Source: a virus (lineage: Duplodnaviria; Caudoviricetes). From it: DNA of 25,171 nucleotides. The stretch spans positions 1-25,171 of IMG/VR virus record IMGVR_UViG_3300030109_001498; one strand, given 5' to 3'. The notes under the pieces were generated by a model. The model ran no database searches and was not told the DNA's origin. It worked only from the letters and a program-made list of their open reading frames with translations. This document shows, in pieces, positions 1 through 6,638 of the stretch. The position numbers were made by a program, and so were the translations under genes. Position 1 is the stretch's first letter, and each line of letters begins with the position of its first letter.

Positions 1-2
1 AA

Positions 3-107
3 GAACTATTACAAATGCTTATGCCTACTAAGGGTAAGTCTAAGAGCAAGACTTTATCGTTAAACTATTCCCTGCCACAGGGAAAACTTAAAGGAGAAAT
101 AAAATGA
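3..107 (+). CDS. 3' end of a hypothetical early gene (partial)
   Basis: Open frame ELLQMLMPTKGKSKSKTLSLNYSLPQGKLKGEIK* from the window edge; its TGA overlaps the next ATG (ATGA 104-107), the coupling pattern seen throughout this region. Confidence 0.45.
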   Translation, partial: ELLQMLMPTKGKSKSKTLSLNYSLPQGKLKGEIK

Positions 108-577
108 AAAAGAAACCATTAAAAGAATTTTTACCTGAAATAACATGGGAAGGAGATGAGTGGTTAGAGAAAAACCTTGAAGTACATGATGAACCTTTTG
201 AAGGAAATGAGTTTTTTGATTATGTGACATCAACAAGATACGTTAGAGATTACGTTGATGAAGAAACTGGTGAGCGAAATTATTATGCACACATTCTTGT
301 CACTGATGCAGAGACTGATATGTTTACTATAAAAATTGCTCCCACATTTATTCCAGAACAACCTGATATAATAGAAGGTGGTGATAAGTTCGGAGAGTTT
401 CTTGACCGTATGGGTTTTGACGTAACAATTCATACGTGTGGTAATAAGTGGATGACATTTGGAAGGGGTGACATGATGCATATTGCACAAGCCTGTGAGG
501 ACGCTGAATACAATCTTTGTGAATTATACAGAAAAAATTGGACAGAGAATTATGAACTTGACAAGCATAAAGATTAG
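104..577 (+). CDS. acidic hypothetical early protein (157 aa)
   Basis: ORF with AAGGAG RBS upstream; no motif recognised. Confidence 0.8.
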   Translation: MKKKPLKEFLPEITWEGDEWLEKNLEVHDEPFEGNEFFDYVTSTRYVRDYVDEETGERNYYAHILVTDAETDMFTIKIAPTFIPEQPDIIEGGDKFGEFLDRMGFDVTIHTCGNKWMTFGRGDMMHIAQACEDAEYNLCELYRKNWTENYELDKHKD

Positions 578-586
578 TTATATAAC
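558..586 (+). promoter_or_regulatory. sigma70-type promoter TTGACA-N17-TATAAC
   Basis: Perfect -35 (558-563), 17-nt spacer, -10 TATAAC (581-586), running into one of the few intergenic gaps upstream of 625. Confidence 0.75.
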
Positions 587-624
587 CAATAATACTACCA
601 ATACATCAAACAGAAAAGGAGAAT

Positions 625-858
625 ATGATGTTTTTTATACTAGCAACTAAACCCTTGAACGATGACACAAAAGGTTTTCGTTTCAACTTCTTAGGACTGA
701 AAGGTCTAACTCGTAAGCGTAAGACAAAGAGCCGAGGTTGGTTCAATGTTTCACGTGGAGAGTGTATGACTGCGTATCACTTCGGTAAGCGTACTGTATA
801 CTTACAGAACAGAGGTAACAAATACGCACCTCGTAAACTGTGGCACTTCGCAGGTTAA
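625..858 (+). CDS. basic hypothetical early protein (77 aa)
   Basis: AAGGAG RBS; K/R-rich ORF directly downstream of the promoter. Confidence 0.8.
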   Translation: MMFFILATKPLNDDTKGFRFNFLGLKGLTRKRKTKSRGWFNVSRGECMTAYHFGKRTVYLQNRGNKYAPRKLWHFAG

Positions 859-861
859 ACG

Positions 862-1074
862 ATGGCGGTCACACCTGATAAGTGTATGTGGTTTGCCATT
901 GGTGCGAACCACAGGCTATACTATGTAGGGAAGCATCAGAATAGTGATGATGCTTTCACTGCCGCAGAAGAGATACTAGAGTCTGTACCTGTTGTATGGA
1001 TAATAGATGAACTTACTGCACACCATTGGAAGGCAGGTCTTGAGATGTGTCTTCTTGAAATCAAACCTAACTAA
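862..1074 (+). CDS. hypothetical protein (70 aa)
   Basis: ORF fills the gap between neighbours; AGGT upstream. Confidence 0.7.
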   Translation: MAVTPDKCMWFAIGANHRLYYVGKHQNSDDAFTAAEEILESVPVVWIIDELTAHHWKAGLEMCLLEIKPN

Positions 1075-1094
1075 ACAAAAAGGAGTACTAAACA

Positions 1095-1958
1095 ATGCCA
1101 TTTGATTTTAACATAGACACTGACTGGCACAAACTAATTGTGCCTGACCACCTCGACTTCGATGTCAGCTTTGATAAGACTAGAGTCAGAGACAAGAAGT
1201 ACGTCATCAACTCAAATACTGATGAGGCTATCGCTATCATAGGACGTAGTGCTACAGCTAGAAATCACGCTGAGTTCTACAACAGAGTATGGGATACCAT
1301 AGTTGAAGACCTATCACAGGAAGACCTTCAAGATAAAACATACAAGTTTAAGTCAGCACGTAACAAGGGTTGGTCTATGCTTGATGTCACCTTCCCGAAT
1401 GTAAAAACTACAGTCAGGACTAAGAAGCACGAGACTGAGATAGCTTTCCGTATGATAGCAGTACACGCTATTGATGGTACAGCTTCCCCGGCTACGTGGT
1501 TTGGTGGTATAGATACGTTCTGTACTAATGGTCAGATTACTGGTGATTGGGATATGGTGCGTAAGAAGAACACATCAGGCTTCACAGTTGAGAACTTCAT
1601 GCGTGAGTTACGAGTAGCTAAGACTAACTTCGACCTACAAGGCAAACGACTACAGTCATGGGCTGATACTAACCTATCAGATTCTCTTTATGTAAGTGAG
1701 GCTATCAACAAAATAGTCAAGTCGGAACGTAAGTCTCGTAAGTTGCATGATTTATTCCTAAGTGAGAGAGCAACACGAGGTAACAATCTGTTCGCTTTGT
1801 ATAGTGCGTTCACGAACTACGCATCGTATGCTGATGAGCGTAATGGGTTTACCTTGCGTAACACAGGTAACGACACCAAGGCTGTGAGTATGTTAGCTAG
1901 AGAGCAAGAGGTAAGTAAGTGGGTGAGTAGCCCTGAGTTCTTGGAGTTAGCGGCATGA
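1095..1958 (+). CDS. DUF932/DUF945-like phage/plasmid protein
   Basis: AAGGAG RBS; motifs HAIDGT...FCTNG and C-terminal NLFALYSAFTNYASY resemble the DUF932 (TIGR03299-like) family. Confidence 0.7.
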   Translation: MPFDFNIDTDWHKLIVPDHLDFDVSFDKTRVRDKKYVINSNTDEAIAIIGRSATARNHAEFYNRVWDTIVEDLSQEDLQDKTYKFKSARNKGWSMLDVTFPNVKTTVRTKKHETEIAFRMIAVHAIDGTASPATWFGGIDTFCTNGQITGDWDMVRKKNTSGFTVENFMRELRVAKTNFDLQGKRLQSWADTNLSDSLYVSEAINKIVKSERKSRKLHDLFLSERATRGNNLFALYSAFTNYASYADERNGFTLRNTGNDTKAVSMLAREQEVSKWVSSPEFLELAA

Positions 1959-2152
1959 CTATCGTAGGACTGACGCAACAGATAAAGGTATGTCGGGATA
2001 AAATGTCCCGACTATCTAAAGACATACATGAAAGTGAGCAAGCTAACGATGAGATAAAAGAGTATGAAGATAACTTGTATAACCAATACTATTCTTTGTC
2101 TCGTAAAGTTAGAGATTTAAAAATCAAATGGTACAAGGAAAAGTTCAAATGA
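1955..2152 (+). CDS. small coiled-coil hypothetical protein (65 aa)
   Basis: ATGA overlaps at both ends; GGAG RBS; helical, charged sequence. Confidence 0.75.
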   Translation: MTIVGLTQQIKVCRDKMSRLSKDIHESEQANDEIKEYEDNLYNQYYSLSRKVRDLKIKWYKEKFK

Positions 2153-2295
2153 AACTTCCTAAGATAAAGGTACGCAATCCTGTAGCTAAAGCTATGTTAC
2201 AGGATCGCAAACCACCACAAGTTGTGCCACCTAAGAAAGGAAGTAAGGCACACTACAACAGACAAAAGTTTAAAGAAAAGGAGAAGTTCAAATGA
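2135..2295 (+). repeat. direct repeat pair AAGGA(A/G)AAGTTCAAATGA at gene junctions (2135-2152, 2278-2295)
   Basis: 17/18 nt identical; each copy spans RBS, stop and start. Confidence 0.85.
2149..2295 (+). CDS. 48-aa basic peptide, ArfA-like (alternative ribosome rescue factor A-like); not in ORF track
   Basis: MKLPKIKVRNPVAKAMLQDRKPPQVVPPKKGSKAHYNRQKFKEKEKFK; ATGA-coupled at both ends, AAGGAA RBS; N...AxLxD...KKG...YxR pattern resembles ArfA. Confidence 0.6.
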   Translation: MKLPKIKVRNPVAKAMLQDRKPPQVVPPKKGSKAHYNRQKFKEKEKFK

Positions 2296-2456
2296 TATAT
2301 CCTAAACCAGAATGGATTAGATATAAGGTACAATTAGACGGTGCATATTTATATCCTTTTCATATGTATATATATGCTCATGGCGAACAAATGGTCAGGG
2401 ATATACTTGACGAATATGAAGTAACTAGAATAGAAAGAGAGGATAAAGATGACTAA
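2292..2456 (+). CDS. hypothetical protein (54 aa); not in ORF track
   Basis: MIYPKPEWIRYKVQLDGAYLYPFHMYIYAHGEQMVRDILDEYEVTRIEREDKDD; AAGGAG RBS, ATGA overlap. Confidence 0.75.
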   Translation: MIYPKPEWIRYKVQLDGAYLYPFHMYIYAHGEQMVRDILDEYEVTRIEREDKDD

Positions 2457-2595
2457 CAATTTTATTAGCTTACAAGATAGGATTGATCAGATAATATCTA
2501 TACTATCAAAGAAGATAAAAGATCGTGGCACAGGTCACATTCATACGGCTATAAATGTATTAGAACAACTAAAAGAGGAGTATCAAAATGAGTAA
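2449..2595 (+). CDS. hypothetical protein (48 aa) with TGHIHTAI motif; not in ORF track
   Basis: MTNNFISLQDRIDQIISILSKKIKDRGTGHIHTAINVLEQLKEEYQNE; GAGGA RBS; overlaps both neighbours. Confidence 0.75.
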   Translation: MTNNFISLQDRIDQIISILSKKIKDRGTGHIHTAINVLEQLKEEYQNE

Positions 2596-2773
2596 GTACA
2601 CAGACGATGAGATTGCAGAGGCTTGCATGGAATGTATAGATGATTGGGATATGAAGACATTATTGCAATTTGCATATGATGAAATGTATCACCACTATAC
2701 AGAGGTAGCAAAGGCAGACAGCCTTGATGCGTTTATGCAGAAAGACGATGAAGAGGAGTATCAAGATGAGTGA
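2588..2773 (+). CDS. highly acidic small protein (61 aa)
   Basis: GAGGAG RBS; 20 D/E versus 4 K by manual count. Confidence 0.8.
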   Translation: MSKYTDDEIAEACMECIDDWDMKTLLQFAYDEMYHHYTEVAKADSLDAFMQKDDEEEYQDE

Positions 2774-2924
2774 ATTACCGCTTGACCATGAGGATAGTTT
2801 TAATCATATGGCAAAAAGACTTGCTGATGATGACATAGCCACAGGCTACCATACAGATTGGCACCATGCTTATGAAAATGCGTGGGAATATTTAGAGAAA
2901 GAGTATCAAGATGAAGACATATGA
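2766..2924 (+). CDS. acidic/aromatic hypothetical protein (52 aa, MSELPLDHEDS...)
   Basis: Start moved from 2724 to ATG 2766, which follows the GAGGAG RBS inside the junction repeat. Confidence 0.75.
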   Translation: MSELPLDHEDSFNHMAKRLADDDIATGYHTDWHHAYENAWEYLEKEYQDEDI

Positions 2925-3072
2925 AATAAAAAATGGTAAGATTCATATATCAAAAGCAAACTTTCGCAAGGTTTCTAAAGACTATAAAAATTTTACAAAG
3001 GGTAAAGAGCGTATGATGGCACTTGACCCCAAATCTGGTGCAACCACATCTTATGAAGTTGTTTTTGAATGA
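2911..3072 (+). CDS. basic hypothetical protein (53 aa); not in ORF track
   Basis: MKTYEIKNGKIHISKANFRKVSKDYKNFTKGKERMMALDPKSGATTSYEVVFE; starts at the junction repeat, ends in an ATGA overlap. Confidence 0.7.
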   Translation: MKTYEIKNGKIHISKANFRKVSKDYKNFTKGKERMMALDPKSGATTSYEVVFE

Positions 3073-3224
3073 ACTGTTGGCATTGTCAAACTGAATTAAT
3101 CTGGGGAGGTGACCACGATTTAGAAGATGAAGAAGACTACATCATGGTTACTAACCTGTCCTGTCCTAAATGTAACAGCATTGTGGACGTATACTATCCA
3201 AGAGAGGAGATGAAATATGACTAG
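3069..3224 (+). CDS. small zinc-ribbon protein (51 aa); not in ORF track
   Basis: MNCWHCQTELIWGGDHDLEDEEDYIMVTNLSCPKCNSIVDVYYPREEMKYD; two CxxC motifs; a type I recall as common in marine phages. Confidence 0.85.
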   Translation: MNCWHCQTELIWGGDHDLEDEEDYIMVTNLSCPKCNSIVDVYYPREEMKYD

Positions 3225-3384
3225 ATCAGAACTACTACGTGCTTTGTATAGGCTCACATTTGACACAGGTGTTGAGTACTGGAAAGTAAACGAGGATATC
3301 TGGGATGATGACGAGATGACAATTAACTTTACTAACTTGTCACAAGAATCAACTGAAGAAGTAACGAGTGTTATAGGAGGATAA
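3217..3384 (+). CDS. acidic hypothetical protein (55 aa); not in ORF track
   Basis: MTRSELLRALYRLTFDTGVEYWKVNEDIWDDDEMTINFTNLSQESTEEVTSVIGG; GAGGAG RBS. Confidence 0.7.
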   Translation: MTRSELLRALYRLTFDTGVEYWKVNEDIWDDDEMTINFTNLSQESTEEVTSVIGG

Positions 3385-3387
3385 CTA

Positions 3388-3531
3388 ATGCTGATTGAAT
3401 ACTGTATGTATTGTGATACTCAATTAACTGAGGGCTTCCCTGAGTTTGAAGATTGCACTACATTATTGTGTGATAACTGTGGTGCTTGTATTGACATATG
3501 GCATCCAACAAAGGAGTATGAAGATGCCTAG
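3388..3531 (+). CDS. second small zinc-ribbon protein (47 aa); not in ORF track
   Basis: MLIEYCMYCDTQLTEGFPEFEDCTTLLCDNCGACIDIWHPTKEYEDA; AGGAGG RBS; CxxC...CxxC. Confidence 0.8.
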   Translation: MLIEYCMYCDTQLTEGFPEFEDCTTLLCDNCGACIDIWHPTKEYEDA

Positions 3532-3703
3532 ATACGAAGTAACAAGAAGTTATATGGCTACTGAGGTAGCTAAAGTTAATGCAAAGAATTATGATGAAGC
3601 ATATTATGAAGCTCAAGAACAAGGTTATTGGAAAACCTATGAAGGGGGATATGACGAAGACATTATTGAAATAGTAGAAATAGAGGAGGACGATGATGAA
3701 TAG
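3524..3703 (+). CDS. acidic hypothetical protein (59 aa, MPRYEVTRSY...)
   Basis: Start moved from 3446 to ATG 3524, which follows an AAGGAG RBS. Confidence 0.75.
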   Translation: MPRYEVTRSYMATEVAKVNAKNYDEAYYEAQEQGYWKTYEGGYDEDIIEIVEIEEDDDE

Positions 3704-4187
3704 ATTTATAATAGACTACCACCCTGACGCTATAGCTAAAGCGTTGTGTGACCAACACGTAGTGAAGATGCCACTAGAAGAAGCACAGATGCTATGCACT
3801 AGCCTGTGGCATCATGCACCAGAGTATGCAGAAAGACTTGGGTTGTACAAACCTGTGCATCAAAAGCACCCATGTACACTTTGGGCAATGGAGACTAATG
3901 CTAACTACAGGTTTGCTTGGCTACTGTATGATGCTATGCTCAATGAGTATACACACAGATATGGCAAGATACACGGCTGTGCTAAACATCACGACTCTCT
4001 TCACCAAGGTGTTTCTTATATTCCAATAGGTGCATTGACACCACACCCTCAGTGTTTCAGTGGTCACGATGACTGCAAAACAGATGAGAAGTATCCTATC
4101 CAAGCCTATCGTGCATTCTACAAGCGTGACAAAATGGGCTTTGCTAGATGGAACAAGAACAGGGCTATGCCAGAGTGGTTACAATGA
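3693..4187 (+). CDS. pyrimidine-dimer DNA glycosylase / T4 endonuclease V (DenV)-superfamily protein
   Basis: N-terminal MNRF...A..LCDQHVVKMPLEEAQML, H..HPCT.W, EY..RYGK.H and AYR.FY motifs typical of the PF03013-like phage family. Confidence 0.8.
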   Translation: MMNRFIIDYHPDAIAKALCDQHVVKMPLEEAQMLCTSLWHHAPEYAERLGLYKPVHQKHPCTLWAMETNANYRFAWLLYDAMLNEYTHRYGKIHGCAKHHDSLHQGVSYIPIGALTPHPQCFSGHDDCKTDEKYPIQAYRAFYKRDKMGFARWNKNRAMPEWLQ

Positions 4188-4336
4188 TGGATTTTGAAAC
4201 ACATGAAAGACTAAGTTTGATGACACAGATCAGACACATAGACGCTAAGATACAGTTCCTAGAAGAAAGGATACAACACTTAGATAAAATAATAAACATA
4301 TTAACAAAGACTAAGAAAGGAAAAGACGATACCTAA
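4184..4336 (+). CDS. small coiled-coil protein (about 50 aa, MMDFETHERL...)
   Basis: ATGA overlap with the glycosylase stop; heptad-like I/L spacing. Confidence 0.65.
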   Translation: MMDFETHERLSLMTQIRHIDAKIQFLEERIQHLDKIINILTKTKKGKDDT

Positions 4337-4505
4337 ATACAATATAACTTTTAGACATGAGGGTGTGCTAGTTGACTCTGGCGACCCTTACGAGTTATAC
4401 AGGCACATAGCTAACTACGGAGACTACTATGCAGCACAATACAAAGAGTTCGGCACACTAGCAGACTCCATAACAATCGAAAGGATAGAGGACAATGACA
4501 AATGA
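4329..4505 (+). CDS. 58-codon ORF with non-canonical ATA start, or a start-codon pseudogene; not in ORF track
   Basis: (I)PKYNITFRHEGVLVDSGDPYELYRHIANYGDYYAAQYKEFGTLADSITIERIEDNDK; AAGGAA RBS then ATA CCT AAA; fills the gap exactly and overlaps both neighbours. Confidence 0.5.
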   Translation: MPKYNITFRHEGVLVDSGDPYELYRHIANYGDYYAAQYKEFGTLADSITIERIEDNDK

Positions 4506-4833
4506 AGACTTACCAGAAGTACACTACGCAATAGTTCATTACGATGAAGAAGATTATCACTTCATGCCTATAGTATCTGATGTATTTGCTGAAGCAGTAG
4601 CGGAACATTTAGGAGATTACCGGGATGACATAACTACTTATATAAGTACTGAACAACCAGAGTTTGATTTAGAAGAAGAACATCCTGAGTTGTATGATGA
4701 TTTGAGAATAGAGACACTACGTCTAGTGTACGCTATGGCTGATGCATCGGTTGCAATCATAGAAAAATCTTTTCAGCGTGACCCACCAGTTAAACGTAAA
4801 GGTGACAGGTCACATCTAAGGGTAGTAAAATGA
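4495..4833 (+). CDS. acidic protein (112 aa) with a C-terminal SspB-like ClpX-binding tail (HLRVVK)
   Basis: GGATAGAGG RBS region; acidic body, P/K/R-rich linker, terminal LRVVK. Confidence 0.75.
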   Translation: MTNEDLPEVHYAIVHYDEEDYHFMPIVSDVFAEAVAEHLGDYRDDITTYISTEQPEFDLEEEHPELYDDLRIETLRLVYAMADASVAIIEKSFQRDPPVKRKGDRSHLRVVK

Positions 4834-4904
4834 TGCCTACATTTAGAGAAGTACTTGAATTTGCAGTACTTTTAGCTATCATTTTATATATATTTTCACT
4901 ATGA
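4830..4904 (+). CDS. 24-aa single-pass membrane peptide; not in ORF track
   Basis: MMPTFREVLEFAVLLAIILYIFSL; ATGA overlaps at both ends, the second coupling it to the integrase start. Confidence 0.55.
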   Translation: MMPTFREVLEFAVLLAIILYIFSL

Positions 4905-5827
4905 GACACATTGAATTAAAACACAATTCAACTTTTGAAACTGCGTGTAGTTACTATATGAGAAGTAAATCTTTCTGTGCTTTAACTACATCTAGTCAGA
5001 AAAAATATATGAGTAACTTAAAAGTTGCTTGTGAAACTAAGGTACAAGGTAATAAGATACTAGGCAGACTACCTGTAAAAGATATAAGGTATGCCCATCT
5101 TAATACAGCATATGATACGTGGTTGGACAAAGGAACTAGAGCCGCTAATTATATATCAACTAATGTTAGTATAGTATTAAACGATTGTATTAGACACAGT
5201 ATCATACCTCAAAATCTTATGGCACTTGTTCCTAAATTAAAATGTAAACCACGCAGAACTGTGTGGACTTATGATCAAGTAAAACTATTTTTAAACACGG
5301 CATACTCAGACTTTAAATGGCGTAGTATTGGATTGATATGTCATATACTTTATGAGTCTGGACAACGTGTAGGTGACATACGATTGTTGAAGTGGGACTC
5401 TGTAGACTTAGTTGCACAAAGAATGGACATACGTCAAAACAAAAGAGGAGTGGACGTACACCTATCTATAGGTGACACGTTAACTAAAGTTCTGCAAAAA
5501 CAAAAAGAAGAGTATGATGGGTTGTCAGAGTATGTAGCACCTCGTACTGTAGCGAGGGCAGGTAACTATTCTTGCTATGAAGAAGATGAAATATCTAAGC
5601 TTTTCAAACAGGTAAAGCAAGAAGTTAATCTATCTAATGAGCTACAAGCTAGGGATCTTAGACGTACTGCTGTCGTAGAGATGTCAGAAGTAGGCGTTGA
5701 TTGGATAGGTATAAAGCAAGTGACAGGGCATCAGTCACATCAAAGTCTTGTGCCTTACTTAGTCAATACATTTAGTGGTGCAAAAGATGCACAAGAGAGG
5801 AGAAGAGATGGAAGAAAACAATCTTAA
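4901..5827 (+). CDS. int: tyrosine recombinase / phage integrase
   Basis: Catalytic pattern GQRVGD (R), QNK (K), RDLRRT (variant of HxxR), TGH, and Y in VPYL. Confidence 0.9.
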   Translation: MRHIELKHNSTFETACSYYMRSKSFCALTTSSQKKYMSNLKVACETKVQGNKILGRLPVKDIRYAHLNTAYDTWLDKGTRAANYISTNVSIVLNDCIRHSIIPQNLMALVPKLKCKPRRTVWTYDQVKLFLNTAYSDFKWRSIGLICHILYESGQRVGDIRLLKWDSVDLVAQRMDIRQNKRGVDVHLSIGDTLTKVLQKQKEEYDGLSEYVAPRTVARAGNYSCYEEDEISKLFKQVKQEVNLSNELQARDLRRTAVVEMSEVGVDWIGIKQVTGHQSHQSLVPYLVNTFSGAKDAQERRRDGRKQS

Positions 5828-6638
5828 AGAATACATAGAAGACCTTTATCTTAAAGAAGGTGAAAACTTTAGAGGTGACTGTCCTGTTTGCAGATCTATT
5901 AATACTTTTACTGCCACACGAGAAGATGGTGTTGTGTTGTATAACTGCTATAAACTTAATTGTTTAAGTAAAGGAGTATTAAATATTAGTTTGTCTGCTA
6001 CAGAAATAAGAAAAAAGATAACTGATTACAGAAACGAGTTAGAAAAAACAGCACAAAAGACTATACCTGTCTTCGAGATACCAGAATATATCACTTATCC
6101 TGAACCATCACAGACTACCTATCATAGGTTTATATCTAGGTGGAACTTAGAGAGTGAATATAAAGATGTTATGTATGATGTAAAAGATGAACGTGCTGTG
6201 TTTCTGATACGAGATAAGCACAGAAAGTTAATAGATGCGATTGGTAGATCACTTAATGGTTATGCTAGTCGTGCTGTACCTAAATGGTATAGGTACACAG
6301 GTAATGCATATGTTTATACTAGATGTATGGGTGAGCCAAACGGAGTAGTTGTACTAGTAGAAGATGTCATTAGTGCTATCACTGTAGCAAAGGTGTGTCC
6401 AAATGTCACAGGCATAGCAATCTTAGGTACTAATATAAACTACGATCATATGGAATACTTACAAGACTACACAAAGATTATTGTAGCACTTGATCCTGAC
6501 GCTACACATAAAAGCATTGAGTACAAAAGGGAGATTGAATCTTGGACAGGGATCAACACAATGGTAATGATGTTACAAGATGACATTAAATATAAAACAG
6601 AAGAAGATGTATTAAAATTAAAGGAGTACACACAATGA
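5808..6638 (+). CDS. DNA primase (N-terminal Zn-binding domain + TOPRIM)
   Basis: CPVC...CYKLNC zinc ligands; TOPRIM motifs VLVED and ALDPD; start moved to ATG 5808 after GAGGAG. Confidence 0.9.
   Translation: MEENNLKEYIEDLYLKEGENFRGDCPVCRSINTFTATREDGVVLYNCYKLNCLSKGVLNISLSATEIRKKITDYRNELEKTAQKTIPVFEIPEYITYPEPSQTTYHRFISRWNLESEYKDVMYDVKDERAVFLIRDKHRKLIDAIGRSLNGYASRAVPKWYRYTGNAYVYTRCMGEPNGVVVLVEDVISAITVAKVCPNVTGIAILGTNINYDHMEYLQDYTKIIVALDPDATHKSIEYKREIESWTGINTMVMMLQDDIKYKTEEDVLKLKEYTQ

Larger units (their letters stand above)
2573..3526 (+). repeat. four copies of junction motif GAGTAT(C/G)AA(G/A)ATG (2573-2593, 2751-2771, 2901-2914, 3512-3526)
   Basis: First two copies 20/21 identical; third has a 14-nt exact match to the second; fourth 14/15; each contains a gene start. 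Confidence 0.8.

Noticed and set aside
2135-3526. Junction repeats read as a CRISPR array or integron attC sites
   Set aside because: Spacing is irregular and gene-sized, repeats are not palindromic, and they coincide with RBS/start codons
3259-4041. Other TTGACA hexamers (near 3260, 3491, 4036) as promoters
   Set aside because: No plausible -10 element at about 17-nt spacing; all inside coding sequence
4330-4900. attP site or tRNA fragment next to the integrase
   Set aside because: The apparent gaps are filled by small ORFs and I saw no tRNA-like core; cannot be excluded without host sequence
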